Shown in pieces: positions 1 to 10,601 of a stretch of DNA of 64,000 nucleotides. The notes beneath the pieces are model-generated. The model searched no databases. It had not been told where the DNA came from and saw nothing but the letters and a program-made list of their open reading frames with translations. Source of the stretch: Candidatus Sulfomarinibacteraceae bacterium (GTDB taxonomy: Bacteria > Acidobacteriota > Thermoanaerobaculia > Thermoanaerobaculales > Sulfomarinibacteraceae); assembly GCA_963796455.1 (NCBI GenBank), contig CAWCLO010000001.1, positions 160,001 to 224,000 on the forward strand, written 5' to 3'. Position 1 is the first letter of the stretch, and the number at the start of each line of letters is the position of its first letter. The translations under genes and the position numbers were made by a program.

Positions 1-2
1 GC

Positions 3-236
3 GAGAAATCCCGGCGAAGCGGGCTCAGCTATCTCGAAAAACGTGAATACGAAGCCATGGAGGAAACCATCCTCGGCGCTGAAACCGAGCTCGAGTCGGC
101 AGCCGATCACCTGGCGGATCCGCAGGTAGCCTCGAACGCCGAGGCCGCTCATGACGCATTCCTCGCGCACGAAAAGGCGAAGGAACGGGTCGCCGACCTC
201 TACCGTCGCTGGGCCGAACTCGAGGACAAGATCTAA
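3..236 (+). CDS. ABC-F family ATP-binding protein (Uup-like), C-terminal fragment, truncated by the window start
   Basis: Frame reads ...GLSYLEKREYEAMEETILGAETELE...LYRRWAELEDKI*, typical of the Uup C-terminal coiled coil (LSY.E.RE...RW.ELE). Confidence 0.8.
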   Translation, partial: EKSRRSGLSYLEKREYEAMEETILGAETELESAADHLADPQVASNAEAAHDAFLAHEKAKERVADLYRRWAELEDKI

Positions 237-289
237 CTGCCGGTTCTCACCAGGCATCTGCTGCGGCCGGTGATGGGTTGCACCGAGAG

Positions 290-317
290 CTGAAGGTGGG
301 CCAAGGCCCACCTTCAG
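290..317 (+). terminator. Perfect hairpin (possible intrinsic terminator or REP-like palindrome)
   Basis: CTGAAGGTGGGC-CAAG-GCCCACCTTCAG, 12-bp stem followed by AGTTGTTTT, about 55 nt after the ABC-F stop. Confidence 0.5.
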
Positions 318-363
318 AGTTGTTTTCCACTGCCTGGATCACTCGGCCCAGGTGGGAAGTGTC

Positions 364-721
364 GGACAGCGATCAGGGACAGGTACAGGGAACGGCGGAC
401 AGCGTCAGCGAACATGAGTCAGCGGCAGCGGTCAGTTTTCAGCGGCTGCCTTCAGCCACAGCCTGTCGAGTACGGATGGCACAAAACGCTCAATTCAGGA
501 AAGTTGGTTGAGCAATCGCCAGGTCGTCGTACGGATCTGATCGCTGCCGCTGATTGCTGAATACTGATCGCTGTTCCCCGTCTCTGGTCCCTGTCGCTGC
601 CGCTGCAATTCGGGCACGGGCGCGGGCGCGGGGCAACCGCGAACCGGGAATGGCAAAAACAAACCTATAGACCTCGTGTTGTCAGGTGGGCAACTTCAAA
701 TGACGATTTGTTTTGGACGGC
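364..721. mobile_element. Four-helix-bundle element, internally deleted copy A
   Basis: Starts GGACAGCGATCAG and ends TTTTGGACGGC; inverted CAGCG/CGCTG arms; minus strand 542-495 encodes DQIRTTTWRLLNQLS*, matching the C-terminus of the 46919-47272 protein. Confidence 0.75.
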
Positions 722-821
722 TGTGACTCCCAATGCTCGATGCACTGCATCTCTTGCTGTCCGACGGAAAGGTGCGAGAATGGTCGATCTGAAGGATCCA
801 ACCAAGGGGAGTCACGCAACA

Positions 822-2180
822 ATGTTCGATACTCGAGCGATCACCAAATCGTTGACCGATTTCGTATGGGGGCAGGATCGGGTCGGTCTGACTGCCCTGC
901 TCGATGAGCTGCCGGTGGGCGACATCCAGCTGATCCTCTCGAGGATCGATTCGAGCGACCGGGCCGAAATGATCAAATTGCTGGATCCCGCCGATGCCGC
1001 TCGACTCCTGCTGAACCTCATGGACTTGCAACCTCAGGATCTGCTGACCCTGGTTTCACCCGAGACCGCCGCCGACATTCTTCATCAATTGCCGAGCAAC
1101 ATCGAAACCGATCTCATTTCGGCCATGAAACCGAGCGAGGCTGAACGGATCCTCGCCCTGCTACCCAAACGAGAAACCGACGGAGTTCTGGCGCTGGCTC
1201 GGTACGACTCCGATACCGCCGGCGGGCTGATGGTGACCGAGATTCTCTCCTACCCGGAGATCGCAACGGTCCAACACGTGGTCGATGACATGCGGGCCAA
1301 TGCATCGGTCTACGCGTCTTATAACGTCCAGTACATCTACGTCACACGTACCAACGGAATCCTCGCCGGAGTGCTCAAGATCCGGGATTTGTTGCTCAGC
1401 AGCGAAGAAACCGTACTCGAAGATCTGATCTCCGGGCAACCGGTGACTGTGGACCATCATGCTCCACTGCAGGAACTCCATGACCTCTTCGACCGCTATC
1501 GATTCCTCGGCCTGCCGGTGGTGGACGACGGCACCCTTGTGGGCGTTATTCGACGGGCGGCTGTCGAGGAGGCCATCGCCGACAAGACGGCACGCCAGTT
1601 TCGTCTCGTGCAGGGCATCATCGGCGGCGAAGAAGTCCGCACGCTCCCGGTCACGGTTCGTTCCGGCCGACGCCTGGCATTTCTCAGCGCCAACATCGTG
1701 CTCAACGTACTGGCGGCGAGCGTCATCGTCTATTTCGAGGACACTCTTTCCAGTCTGATTGCCCTGGCGGCGTTTCTGCCCATCATCTCCGACATGAGCG
1801 GGTGTTCGGGGAATCAGGCGGTCGCCGTCAGCATGCGCGAGCTGTCATTGGGGTTGGTGCGACCGCGGGAAGTTCTGAGGGTTCTGTCGAAAGAAGCCAG
1901 CGTTGGCGTCATCAACGGCGCCGCCCTCGGCGCGCTACTCGGCATCGTGGCGTGGTTATGGCGCGGCAGCCCAATCCTCGGTCTGGTGGTCGGGGCGGCC
2001 CTGGCCATCAACACCGTCGTCGCCGTCTCGATCGGAGGAACAGTTCCACTCCTCCTGCGCGGGCTCGGGGTCGACCCGGCTCTGGCTTCAGGGCCGATCT
2101 TGACGACGGTCACTGATATTTGCGGGTTCTTCTTTGCTCTCGGCCTGGCAGCGCTGGCTATGTCAAACGGTCTTCTCTAG
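822..2180 (+). CDS. mgtE: Magnesium transporter MgtE
   Basis: MgtE N-domain, CBS pair (DTAGGLM), TM region with SGCSGNQA and DPALASGPILTTVTDICG; start at 822 is inferred (780 is an alternative). Confidence 0.93.
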   Translation: MFDTRAITKSLTDFVWGQDRVGLTALLDELPVGDIQLILSRIDSSDRAEMIKLLDPADAARLLLNLMDLQPQDLLTLVSPETAADILHQLPSNIETDLISAMKPSEAERILALLPKRETDGVLALARYDSDTAGGLMVTEILSYPEIATVQHVVDDMRANASVYASYNVQYIYVTRTNGILAGVLKIRDLLLSSEETVLEDLISGQPVTVDHHAPLQELHDLFDRYRFLGLPVVDDGTLVGVIRRAAVEEAIADKTARQFRLVQGIIGGEEVRTLPVTVRSGRRLAFLSANIVLNVLAASVIVYFEDTLSSLIALAAFLPIISDMSGCSGNQAVAVSMRELSLGLVRPREVLRVLSKEASVGVINGAALGALLGIVAWLWRGSPILGLVVGAALAINTVVAVSIGGTVPLLLRGLGVDPALASGPILTTVTDICGFFFALGLAALAMSNGLL

Positions 2181-2229
2181 CCCGAAAAGGGATCAGGAGC
2201 CGGGGCACTTCACAGGAAGAACGGGTTTG

Positions 2230-3894
2230 TCAGCGGCGACTGCCGTTGCGCTTGCCATCACTCCACTCGCGGAACTTGACTCTGGGGTCGCGCGGGTCGG
2301 GGCGGCCGACTGAACGGCTGAAGGCCTTGGCGATCTTGGGGTTGACCTCCACCATCGAGGAATGACCGCCGATGGTGATGGCGCCAACGTCCTTGCTTTT
2401 GATGTCGCCCCGGCGACAGACGATCGCCAACAGACGCCGGGGATCAGCACCATGGTTCTTGCCCCAACTGACCTGGAAGCGGGCCCAATTCGAGACCGAT
2501 GGCCGGCGGCTGTTTTTTCGATTGGGGCGGCCATCCCAACGGTCGTTCGAGGCCGCCGGCGCGATATCGCGCGGTTGGCACGGGCCGTTGTGATCGGCCT
2601 CGCCGAGCAGGGTTGCGACCACACTCACCGGATCGCGATCCTCGAGCAATTCGGCTGCCACCCTCTGGAGGCGGTTCATTTCGTTTTCGTTTCCGGCGTC
2701 GATCTCGGTGAATTTCTCGAGCAGGCGCCGGTCGGCTGCGACGTGGATTTCCTCAGAATTGGGAATCTCGGCCCGAACGGCCTTGACTCCTGCCTGGCGC
2801 AACATCGCATCCACCCGGCGGACTGCCCGCGGGGGCACGAAGATCAGGCTCCGGCCCTTGCGGCCGGCACGCCCGGTACGGCCGCTGCGGTGGGTCAGCA
2901 CCTCGGCGTTTTCAGGAAGATCGACGTGGATGACCTGGGCGATGTCCTGGACGTCGAGGCCGCGCGCCGCCACGTCAGTGGCCACGATGATTGGCGTCTG
3001 ACCCCGCCGGAAGGCGTTCAAGGTGGCGGTGCGTTCGCGTTGATTGAGGTCTCCGGAGAGCGGCCGCACCGCAAAACCGAGCTCGGCAAGGGCGTCGGAC
3101 AAACCGGCGGTGTCGATCCGGGTGCGGACGAAGATCAGGGTCTTGGCATCGGGTTCCGTGAGGAGAACGTTGACCAGTGCATCGAGCCTTTGATTCGCAG
3201 CCACCACCATGGTTGCATAGGTGATATCGGTATTCGATTTGCCGGGTTTCGTGCCGGCAACCATCACGGAATCCTGCTGATGGCGCGCCGCCACCGATCG
3301 AACCGACGACGGGAAGGTCGCCGACACGAGGTGGGTGCGGCGCTCGGGCGGCGTGGCGTCCAGGATCGCCGTGACCTCCTCCTCGAATCCCATGGCCAAC
3401 ATCTCGTCGGCCTCGTCAAGGGCAACCACCTGCACTCTGTCGAGCTCCAGGCTGCCCCGCTCGAGGTGATCTCGCACCCGCCCGGGAGTGCCCACCAGAA
3501 CCTGCGGGTGACGTTTGAGTTCGCGAAAATCGATCCCGAGCGATGTGCCACCGGTCAGCGACACAACGGTGGCGCCCAGGGGCTTGAACAACCACGAGAG
3601 TTCTGCGGCCAGTTGAACCGCCAGCTCACGTGTGGGTGCCACGAGCAACACCGAGGGCCGCGCCGCTCCCGACACACCGTTCTTTTCGGCCGCCGCGGTG
3701 GCAACATCTTCGGCGACGACGAGACCAAGAGCCACCGTCTTGCCGGAGCCTGTCTGCGACGAAATCCGCAGATCGCGTCCCGCGATGTCCGGATTCAAAA
3801 CAGCCGTCTGGATTGGGGTGAGTTCAGTGAAGCCACGTGTAGCGAGAACCGCGCCGAGGCCTGCGGGGACCTCTGCAAAGGAGATTTCATGCAT
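2230..3894 (-). CDS. DEAD-box RNA helicase (DeaD/CsdA-like, with DbpA-type C-terminal domain)
   Basis: QTGSGKT, PTRELA, TPGR, DEAD, SAT, ARGLD and HRSGRTGR motifs. Confidence 0.95.
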   Translation of the reverse strand: MHEISFAEVPAGLGAVLATRGFTELTPIQTAVLNPDIAGRDLRISSQTGSGKTVALGLVVAEDVATAAAEKNGVSGAARPSVLLVAPTRELAVQLAAELSWLFKPLGATVVSLTGGTSLGIDFRELKRHPQVLVGTPGRVRDHLERGSLELDRVQVVALDEADEMLAMGFEEEVTAILDATPPERRTHLVSATFPSSVRSVAARHQQDSVMVAGTKPGKSNTDITYATMVVAANQRLDALVNVLLTEPDAKTLIFVRTRIDTAGLSDALAELGFAVRPLSGDLNQRERTATLNAFRRGQTPIIVATDVAARGLDVQDIAQVIHVDLPENAEVLTHRSGRTGRAGRKGRSLIFVPPRAVRRVDAMLRQAGVKAVRAEIPNSEEIHVAADRRLLEKFTEIDAGNENEMNRLQRVAAELLEDRDPVSVVATLLGEADHNGPCQPRDIAPAASNDRWDGRPNRKNSRRPSVSNWARFQVSWGKNHGADPRRLLAIVCRRGDIKSKDVGAITIGGHSSMVEVNPKIAKAFSRSVGRPDPRDPRVKFREWSDGKRNGSRR

Positions 3895-4111
3895 TTTTTT
3901 TCCTGTGGGTACGGTCGCGGGCGCCTTGAGCCTGAAACACCGGGACGGGGTCAATTGGAGGGTAGCTGGTGTTGGCTCGTGTATGAAGCAGCGCACCCAG
4001 GACGGCCGGAGTATAGCAGAAAACGTAAAATCAGGTCGAATAGCCGCATTCTTCGCCAAAAACTACAACACAACGCCAATTCTCACACTCTTCCCTCTAA
4101 GGCGGTGTCCC

Positions 4112-4453
4112 GGACAGCGATCAGGGACAGCGACGGGGAGCAGCAGACAGCGTCAGCGGTCAGTGATCCGCGACAGCAGCCAGCGCTCACGTCTTCGGAT
4201 TCGAAAGCTGCCATGTCTTGGTACGGACCTGATCGCTGGCCCTGAACACTGATTGCTGCCCCCTGTCCCTGTTCGCTGTTGCCTGTCGCTGACGCTGAAC
4301 CCTGTCGCTGCCGCTGGCGCTGGACACTGTCGCTGCAATTCGGGATCGGGAACGGGTACGTGCGAACCGCGAACCGGAAATACCAAAATCCAACCGGTCA
4401 ACGGCCGACGCTTTCAGTTTCCCCACAATTCCCCCATTTCTCTCGTGGATAGT
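4112..4453. mobile_element. Four-helix-bundle element, internally deleted copy B
   Basis: Starts GGACAGCGATCAGGGAC; minus strand 4234-4187 encodes DQVRTKTWQLSNPKT*; right arm ...CTGTCGCTGCAATTCGGG...AACCGCGAACCGG...CCAAAA; right terminus is degenerate and approximate. Confidence 0.75.
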
Positions 4454-4503
4454 GGTCCCACATTCGAGGAACGAGAACAAAACACGGAAGGAGATCTGGT
4501 GTC

Positions 4504-5049
4504 ATGAAAAAGAACCTGGCGATTTCTCTATTGGTTGGGATCCTGGTGCTTGCGGTACCAAACGCATTGGCGGAAGACCCGGAAGAGCTCGAAAAGGCCC
4601 GTTGCGGCAAGTGTTCGCCGGCCGGTATCTTCTACGGCGGAGCCGAGCTTGACGAAGAAGGTCTGTTCTTCAAGTGGATCCTCAATGTCACGCCGGAGAA
4701 GAATGGACGATACCTGGTCAGCGCCTACGCGGGCTGGGGTGCCGGTGTGCCTATCGCGACACCGATAAACGCGACCTCGGTACGGATCGGACGAAATAAA
4801 TACGAGTTCTTCGGCATCGGGTATCAGAACACCGATGACTCGTATCCGCCACTCAACCCGCCGATTATCATCGCGGTTCACGGATACATGCAGATGATCG
4901 ACTGCGATACGATCCGTGCCGAATACGACTTCCAGGGTATCTATGCGTGGGGCATGGAGCCCTTTGTCGACCCACCTCTCGATGACCTCGGTTTCTGGTC
5001 TGAAGACTATAAGAGGATGGAAAACCCCGAGTGGCCGCCCGACTGGTAG
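4504..5049 (+). CDS. Hypothetical secreted protein
   Basis: AAGGAGA RBS; signal peptide MKKNLAISLLVGILVLAVPNALA; no family recognised. Confidence 0.7.
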   Translation: MKKNLAISLLVGILVLAVPNALAEDPEELEKARCGKCSPAGIFYGGAELDEEGLFFKWILNVTPEKNGRYLVSAYAGWGAGVPIATPINATSVRIGRNKYEFFGIGYQNTDDSYPPLNPPIIIAVHGYMQMIDCDTIRAEYDFQGIYAWGMEPFVDPPLDDLGFWSEDYKRMENPEWPPDW

Positions 5050-5147
5050 GTCAGCCTCGCTTTCAAGACCCGAAATCCTTCAGCTGAGGTCGGTCCCGAC
5101 AATTAGAAACCGCACCCATCCGTTCGCTGAAGATGTCACAATGCGGT

Positions 5148-5762
5148 ATGGAAAACCGCCGCTATTTTGACGCCAAGGCAGAGGATTGGGATATCGATCC
5201 CAGGGTCGAACGGGCTCGGGTCATCGCGGCCTGTCTTGCCGAACAGATTCAACTGTCGCCGACCACGACGGCGGTCGATTTCGGCTGCGGCACCGGACTT
5301 CTGGGTTTTGCCCTGCTGCCCAATGTCGGACACCTGACCCTGGCTGATCCATCCAGCGGAATGCTCAAGGTGGCGGAGCTCAAGATCACGGCCGAAGACA
5401 AGGACCGGGTCACGATTCTGCATCTCGAAGGTGAGGGCGAGATCCTGCCCGATTCATACGACCTGATTGTGAGCCTCATGACGCTCCACCACATCCCCGA
5501 AACCGAGGAGGTGGTCCGGAGCCTGACACAGCACCTCAACCCTGGCGGGACCCTTGCGCTGGCCGACCTCGATTCCGAAGACGGTTCCTTCCATGGGCCG
5601 GACGCCGATGTTCATCTCGGCTTCGAGCGCTCGGTCATCAGAAACTGGATGATTGACAGTGGGCTGCGCGGGGTCAGTGATTCAACGCCCTGGACGATGC
5701 ACAAGCGGGTGGACGACGTCGACCGCGAGTATCCCCTCTTCCTGATCACTGGGCAGCGCTGA
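5148..5762 (+). CDS. Class I SAM-dependent methyltransferase
   Basis: VDFGCGTG, ADPSSGML, YDLIVSLMTLHH and LNPGG motifs. Confidence 0.9.
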   Translation: MENRRYFDAKAEDWDIDPRVERARVIAACLAEQIQLSPTTTAVDFGCGTGLLGFALLPNVGHLTLADPSSGMLKVAELKITAEDKDRVTILHLEGEGEILPDSYDLIVSLMTLHHIPETEEVVRSLTQHLNPGGTLALADLDSEDGSFHGPDADVHLGFERSVIRNWMIDSGLRGVSDSTPWTMHKRVDDVDREYPLFLITGQR

Positions 5763-5792
5763 TTTCCACACCGGAGGGTTCGCCTGCCGAGT

Positions 5793-5862
5793 GACAGCGA
5801 AAAACCGAATTCAAAAACGGCAAGGGGCGTGGGGAACCGCGAACCGGATCTACCAAAAACCT
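5793..5862. repeat. Collapsed remnant (copy C) of the four-helix-bundle element
   Basis: GACAGCGA...AATTC...GGGGAACCGCGAACCGGATCTACCAAAAACC matches the right-end motif of copies A, B, E and F. Confidence 0.5.
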
Positions 5863-5880
5863 CAGCGAGAAGCTCGGTTG

Positions 5881-6603
5881 TCAATCGAGATGGGCCCGCG
5901 TCTCGGCTTCCGCACCGACGGTTGTCTCGGTCTGAACCCTTTCGATTTCGTCGAGTAGATCCGACGCCGCCAATTGGGCCCATTGCTCTACATCCGCCCA
6001 AAGCGCGGTTTTTGTTCCGTCTTCGGGGGATTCCACGAAATGCATGATTCTCCGGCGCTCGGCCACCCGAGCCTGAATCACTCCGGTTTCGGCGTCGATG
6101 AGATCGAACACGATCGTGCCTGTGGCGACCAGCTGTACGCTGGGGTCGTCGTTTCGGGACTTCTTCAATGCCAGATAAGAAACCATATCGGTGACCCGGG
6201 TGCGTAGAAAAAGCGTATTGGGTCCCGCCTCGCCTGCCACTTCAAATCGTTCACGCCGCTCGAGTTCTGAGATACAGGCATCACCGATGGCCCGCTTGAA
6301 TTTCGCGATGTCTTTGGCCTTTGGTTTCCTGGTGCTGGAGTTTTTCTTGGCGAAGTGGCTGCCGGTCGACGCGACCGATTGACTGCTTTTTGATTCTCGA
6401 AACTCGAGCTCCACAGACATGGGCAACAAACCCTCATATTGGGAGAAGTCGGCATCAGGTCGGATCAAAGTGGTGTGGAAGCGGCCGTCCTGCACAGCCA
6501 GCTCATCGAAACCACTGATCTCGGGTGCATTGTTCTTTTCCTTCGCCCCGATCACTCCCAGACCCATGAACAAAACCAATACGAACGCGAACACTCTTTT
6601 CAC
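5881..6603 (-). CDS. DUF3313-like exported protein
   Basis: Hydrophobic N-terminus; RPDADFSQY, GPNTLFLRT and DLIDAETGVIQARVAERR pattern. Confidence 0.65.
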   Translation of the reverse strand: MKRVFAFVLVLFMGLGVIGAKEKNNAPEISGFDELAVQDGRFHTTLIRPDADFSQYEGLLPMSVELEFRESKSSQSVASTGSHFAKKNSSTRKPKAKDIAKFKRAIGDACISELERRERFEVAGEAGPNTLFLRTRVTDMVSYLALKKSRNDDPSVQLVATGTIVFDLIDAETGVIQARVAERRRIMHFVESPEDGTKTALWADVEQWAQLAASDLLDEIERVQTETTVGAEAETRAHLD

Positions 6604-6643
6604 AATGGACCCCCCGAACTCGACTCCGCCGATGCAGAATCTC

Positions 6644-6830
6644 GCTGTCCACGACAAAAGGTGTACCGCTATTCGAAACCGAAATCAAATTTGCGATTTA
6701 TTCTCGTTTTCAACAAACATTATGCCTGAGCTGCAGCGACAGCGGCCGAAGTAGCCGCCGTAGACGGATCGCTGCCGCTGACTACTGATTGCTGACGCTG
6801 TCTTCTGATCCCCGTCGCTGATCGCTGTCC
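6644..6830 (-). repeat. Inverted, degenerate copy D of the four-helix-bundle element
   Basis: Minus strand reads GGACAGCGATCAGCGACGGGGATCAGAAGACAGCGTCAGC...CCGCTGTCGCTGCAGCTC...GTGGACAGC, with GGACAGC at both ends. Confidence 0.6.
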
Positions 6831-6876
6831 GAGACTCTTTCTTCGACAAGTCGGAGTTTGAATCAAAAAACAGGCG

Positions 6877-8570
6877 TCAGTTCGTTTCTGTCCCGCCAGA
6901 AGCCAGGGCGTAGACTTCGAAAAGCTTGTGCTCGGTGTGAGATCGTCCGTACTCGTCAGTTGCCCGCACCGAAATGGTGTGCACGCCGGGCTGCAATCCA
7001 TCAGGCAGAGGAGCCTCCCAAAGGTGGGTCGAGGGCTCGGGCCCGGCCCAGGATTTGATGGTCTGGCGTTCGCGCTGGAAGAGTTCTTCGTAGAACGGAT
7101 CGATCCGGATCACCCGCTTCATTTCCATCGCCGGGTTGTCTCCGATCCGGTATTCGACTCGCGACTTCGGACCGCCGTCGAAGAGATTCACCAGGACCCG
7201 TGTCGCGTAGAGCTGCGCCATTTCGAAACGGTTGCCCAGCAATTCGCCGTGCCGATAGTCGCGCCGGGTCTCCAGTCGTTGCCGGGGAAAGCCGGGATCG
7301 AGGGTGATCCGCATCTGGTGGTCGGCCGGTTTGCCGGTCGCCCGGAAGCGAAGCTCGCCCGTTGCCATCCACGTCCATCAGATAGTAACCCCGGGGTGAC
7401 CCGTCCCGCTGCAGGCTGATCGGCACGCCGCGCTCGTCCAGAGGCCCGCTCCACCAGCTCCCACAAACCGCTGAAAGAGTATGGAGGTGAAGCGGGTCGG
7501 GGCCATCAAAACCTTCACCATTGCCAAAGTACTTGTGATCGGCAAGGTGCATATGACCCGCGAGGGCGAAGAGATGTTCGCGTCCTTCGAGGGCTGCGAA
7601 AAAGTTCTCACGATCGGCCACATTGACCCTCGACCCCATCGGGAGCGATCTCCGAATACAACGGAATATGCATTGCCATGAACCATCGAGACGATCCGCC
7701 GGAACCCGCCGAGATCGTTGCCAACCATTGAATTGCCGGTCCCCGATCTCTCCGACATAGGGCCCCGAACCAAGGGGTCCGGGTCATCGGAACCCAGCGA
7801 AGTGCCCTCGTATTTGACGGTGTCCAGCACGACGAAATGCACCTTGCCGTAGTCGAAGGAGTAGTAGGACGGACCGAAGTGGCTGCGAAAAGTGTGCGAG
7901 CGAATCTTCATCGGTGGTGGAAGCAGGTTCATATCGTGGTTACCGGGCACGTGATACCACGGAACCCCGATCTTCGGCGATATTTCGGTGCTTGCCTGGC
8001 ATACAGCGAGAGATCGTCGTAGGCGATGTCGCCGAGAGTGATCCCGAATGCGGCCTCGCTACCGACCAACTCGGCGACCACGTCATCGCGGATGTACTCC
8101 ACCTCGTCCTGTGTTTCTGGTTGGGTATCCGCAAACCAGATCGAGGTGAAGCGATCGGGCTCGGGTTGGTGAGTCAGCGGAAAATCGACGGATTCGGGCA
8201 GTGGGCCTGAAGGCGGCAGACCACGATACCTCGGCCGACGGTCGGCGGGCGCTCCCTCGGGAACGTGATGGTAGAAAAAGCGCGGGAGATTCTCGGCGTT
8301 CGATGACACGGCCCACCCACCCGGTTTGGTGATGAAGAGGGTGTCTCCCGATTCGATGGCGATGCGGTATCTTCCCGCAGCGTCGGTCTCGACGACATCG
8401 AGGCCATTGGATACCGCCACGCCAGCCACACCCGGCTCCGTATCCTGGTGCATTCCATCGCCGTTGCGATCGTCAAAAACCAAACCACCAACTGTCTCCG
8501 CCGCGGCGGCCGGCATCACATTGGGCAGGACTGCGGCCAGACCCAGAACCATCAAAAAACGCGGATTCAC
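6877..8570 (-). CDS. Exported calcineurin-like metallophosphoesterase (MetallophosN/C-type flanking domains), split by several frameshifts
   Basis: Four overlapping ORFs (7929-8606, 7378-7950, 7001-7639, 6877-7368) carry consecutive motifs FDDRNGDG, VAVSNG, FADTQ, LGDI, PGNHD, GHMH, CGSWWSG, STHLW. Confidence 0.8.
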
Positions 8571-8709
8571 AATCACCCTCCCTCGCACGGTCGGCGAAAA
8601 AATCACCTCGCCGCCTGGGTGATTTCACCACAGTTTTCGGGCTTGCGCAGGAATCCGCCGCCACCCCGGCGAGGTGGTACTCTCGGCAGCACGTCATTTG
8701 GAGGGATTC

Positions 8710-10601
8710 ATGAAACGTCATCTGCTCTTGTTTGTCACGATCCTGGCGACCCTGCCCATGGTGGTGTCGGCCCAGAGGGCCGAACAATCCCGCTCCGAGT
8801 ATGTGCGCGAAAATTTCACCAAATACGAACACCGCATCGAGATGCGGGATGGCACCCATCTCTTCACGGCGGTCTATGTGCCGAAGATCTGTGAGGAGCC
8901 GCGTCCGATCCTCCTCAAACGAACCCCGTATTCAGTGTCGCCCTATGGCGCGGATCAATATCCGAGATCGCTCGGCCCCTCCGAACACCTGATGAAAAAG
9001 GGGTTTATCTTTGCCAACCAGGATGTCCGGGGCCGCTACATGTCAGACGGAACCTGGATCGAGGTTCGTCCGATCGACCCCGACAAGGGCACCGGAGACA
9101 CGGATGAAAGCACCGACACGTGGGATACCATCGAGTGGTTGGTGAACAACGTGCCGTGCAACAACGGCAGGGTCGGCATGTACGGCGTTTCTTATCCCGG
9201 TTTTTACGCATCCGCCGGAATGATCGACGCCCACCCCGCTCTCAAGGCGGTGTCGCCGCAGGCGCCGGTGACCGATTATTTCCTCGGCGACGACTCGTTT
9301 CACAACGGCGCCTTCATGCTGGCCGCCAACTACCGCTTCTACTCCTTCTTCAAACCGCGTCCGGGCCCACCCGAAAAACCGCCCAAGGACCGCCCATCCG
9401 TCGATTTCGGCACCGAGGACGGTTACAAGTTCTTCTTGGAGTTGGGCCCGCTTTGGGAAGGCGCCGAAGCAAGCGGTCACAACGAGAACCCCCATTGGCG
9501 GATCAATCTCGAGCACACGACCTACGACGACTTCTGGCAGGCCCGATCTCTGTGGCGGCACTTCAAGAACATCACACCGGCGGTGCTGACCGTCGGCGGT
9601 TGGTATGACGCCGAGGACCCCTTCGGTCCGCTGATCACCTACAAGACCATCAAGAAGGAAAGCGCCCAGACAACCAACCATCTGGTCATGGGCCCCTGGA
9701 CCCACGGCGGATGGGGCTGGGGCGAAGGCCGGAGCGTCGGCAACGTGGACTTCGGCCAGCCGACCGGGGAATACTACCGGGAGAAGATCGAGCTTCCGTT
9801 TTTCGTCAATCATCTGACCGAGGAAGAAGCTCCGCAGCTGGCAGAGGCCGTCATCTTCGAAGCCGGCACCAACCGCTGGCGGGAGTTCGACACCTGGCCG
9901 CCGGAGAACGTCGAGCCACGCACCATCTACCTCGCCGCGGACGGCACGCTGACTTCGCAAATGCCGACCGAAAACGAAGCTTTTGACGAGTACATCAGCG
10001 ATCCCAACCGGCCGGTGCCCTATGTCGGCTACATCCAGATGGGCATGCAGCGCGACTACATGACCGAGGACCAGCGCTTCGCCGCCCTGCGAACCGACGT
10101 TCTGGTCTATCAGACGCCCGTCCTCGACAGGGACCTCACGGTGCTCGGACCCATCACAGTGAATCTGCACGTCTCCACAACCGGCACGGACTCCGATTTC
10201 GTGGTCAAGGTGATCGACGTCTATCCCGATGACTACCCCACTCCGAAATGGGAGGGCGAGGGTCGCCCCCGGCCAATTACGTGAGGATGAGCGGTTATCA
10301 GCGACTCGTACGAGGCGAACCGTTCCGCGGTAAATACCGGAACAGCCTCTCGGAGCCCGAGCCATTCGAACCTGGAAAGCCCGAAGTGATCTCCTTCGAG
10401 TTACCCGACGTGGCGCACACCTTCCGCAGCGGCCACCGGCTGATGGTCCAGATCCAGAGCTCGTGGTTCCCGCTCACGGACCGCAATCCGCAGACTTTCA
10501 CGGACATCCCACACGCCAAGGAGGAGGAATTTCAGAAGGCCACGCAGAGGGTCTACCGGTCGGCCGACCGGCCATCGTCGATCACGGTCCTGGTGGATTG
10601 A
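8710..10601 (+). CDS. CocE/NonD family hydrolase (alpha-amino acid ester hydrolase / glutaryl-7-ACA acylase-like), one frameshift at about 10266-10270
   Basis: MRDG, RTPY, QDVRGRYMS, nucleophile GVSYPG, GPWTHGGW; C-terminus QIQSSWFP..DRNPQ in the second frame; one extra C in the C5 run restores the frame. Confidence 0.9.

Noticed and set aside
364..721. CRISPR array or classical IS in the CAGCG-rich repeats
   Set aside because: No constant repeat-spacer period, no cas genes, no transposase and no clean terminal inverted repeats
2362..4245. 627-aa plus-strand ORF
   Set aside because: Antisense shadow of the DEAD-box helicase, with no motifs; typical of GC-rich DNA
10248..10290. Programmed ribosomal frameshift in CocE
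   Set aside because: No slippery heptamer; a homopolymer sequencing error is simpler given the other cases in this window
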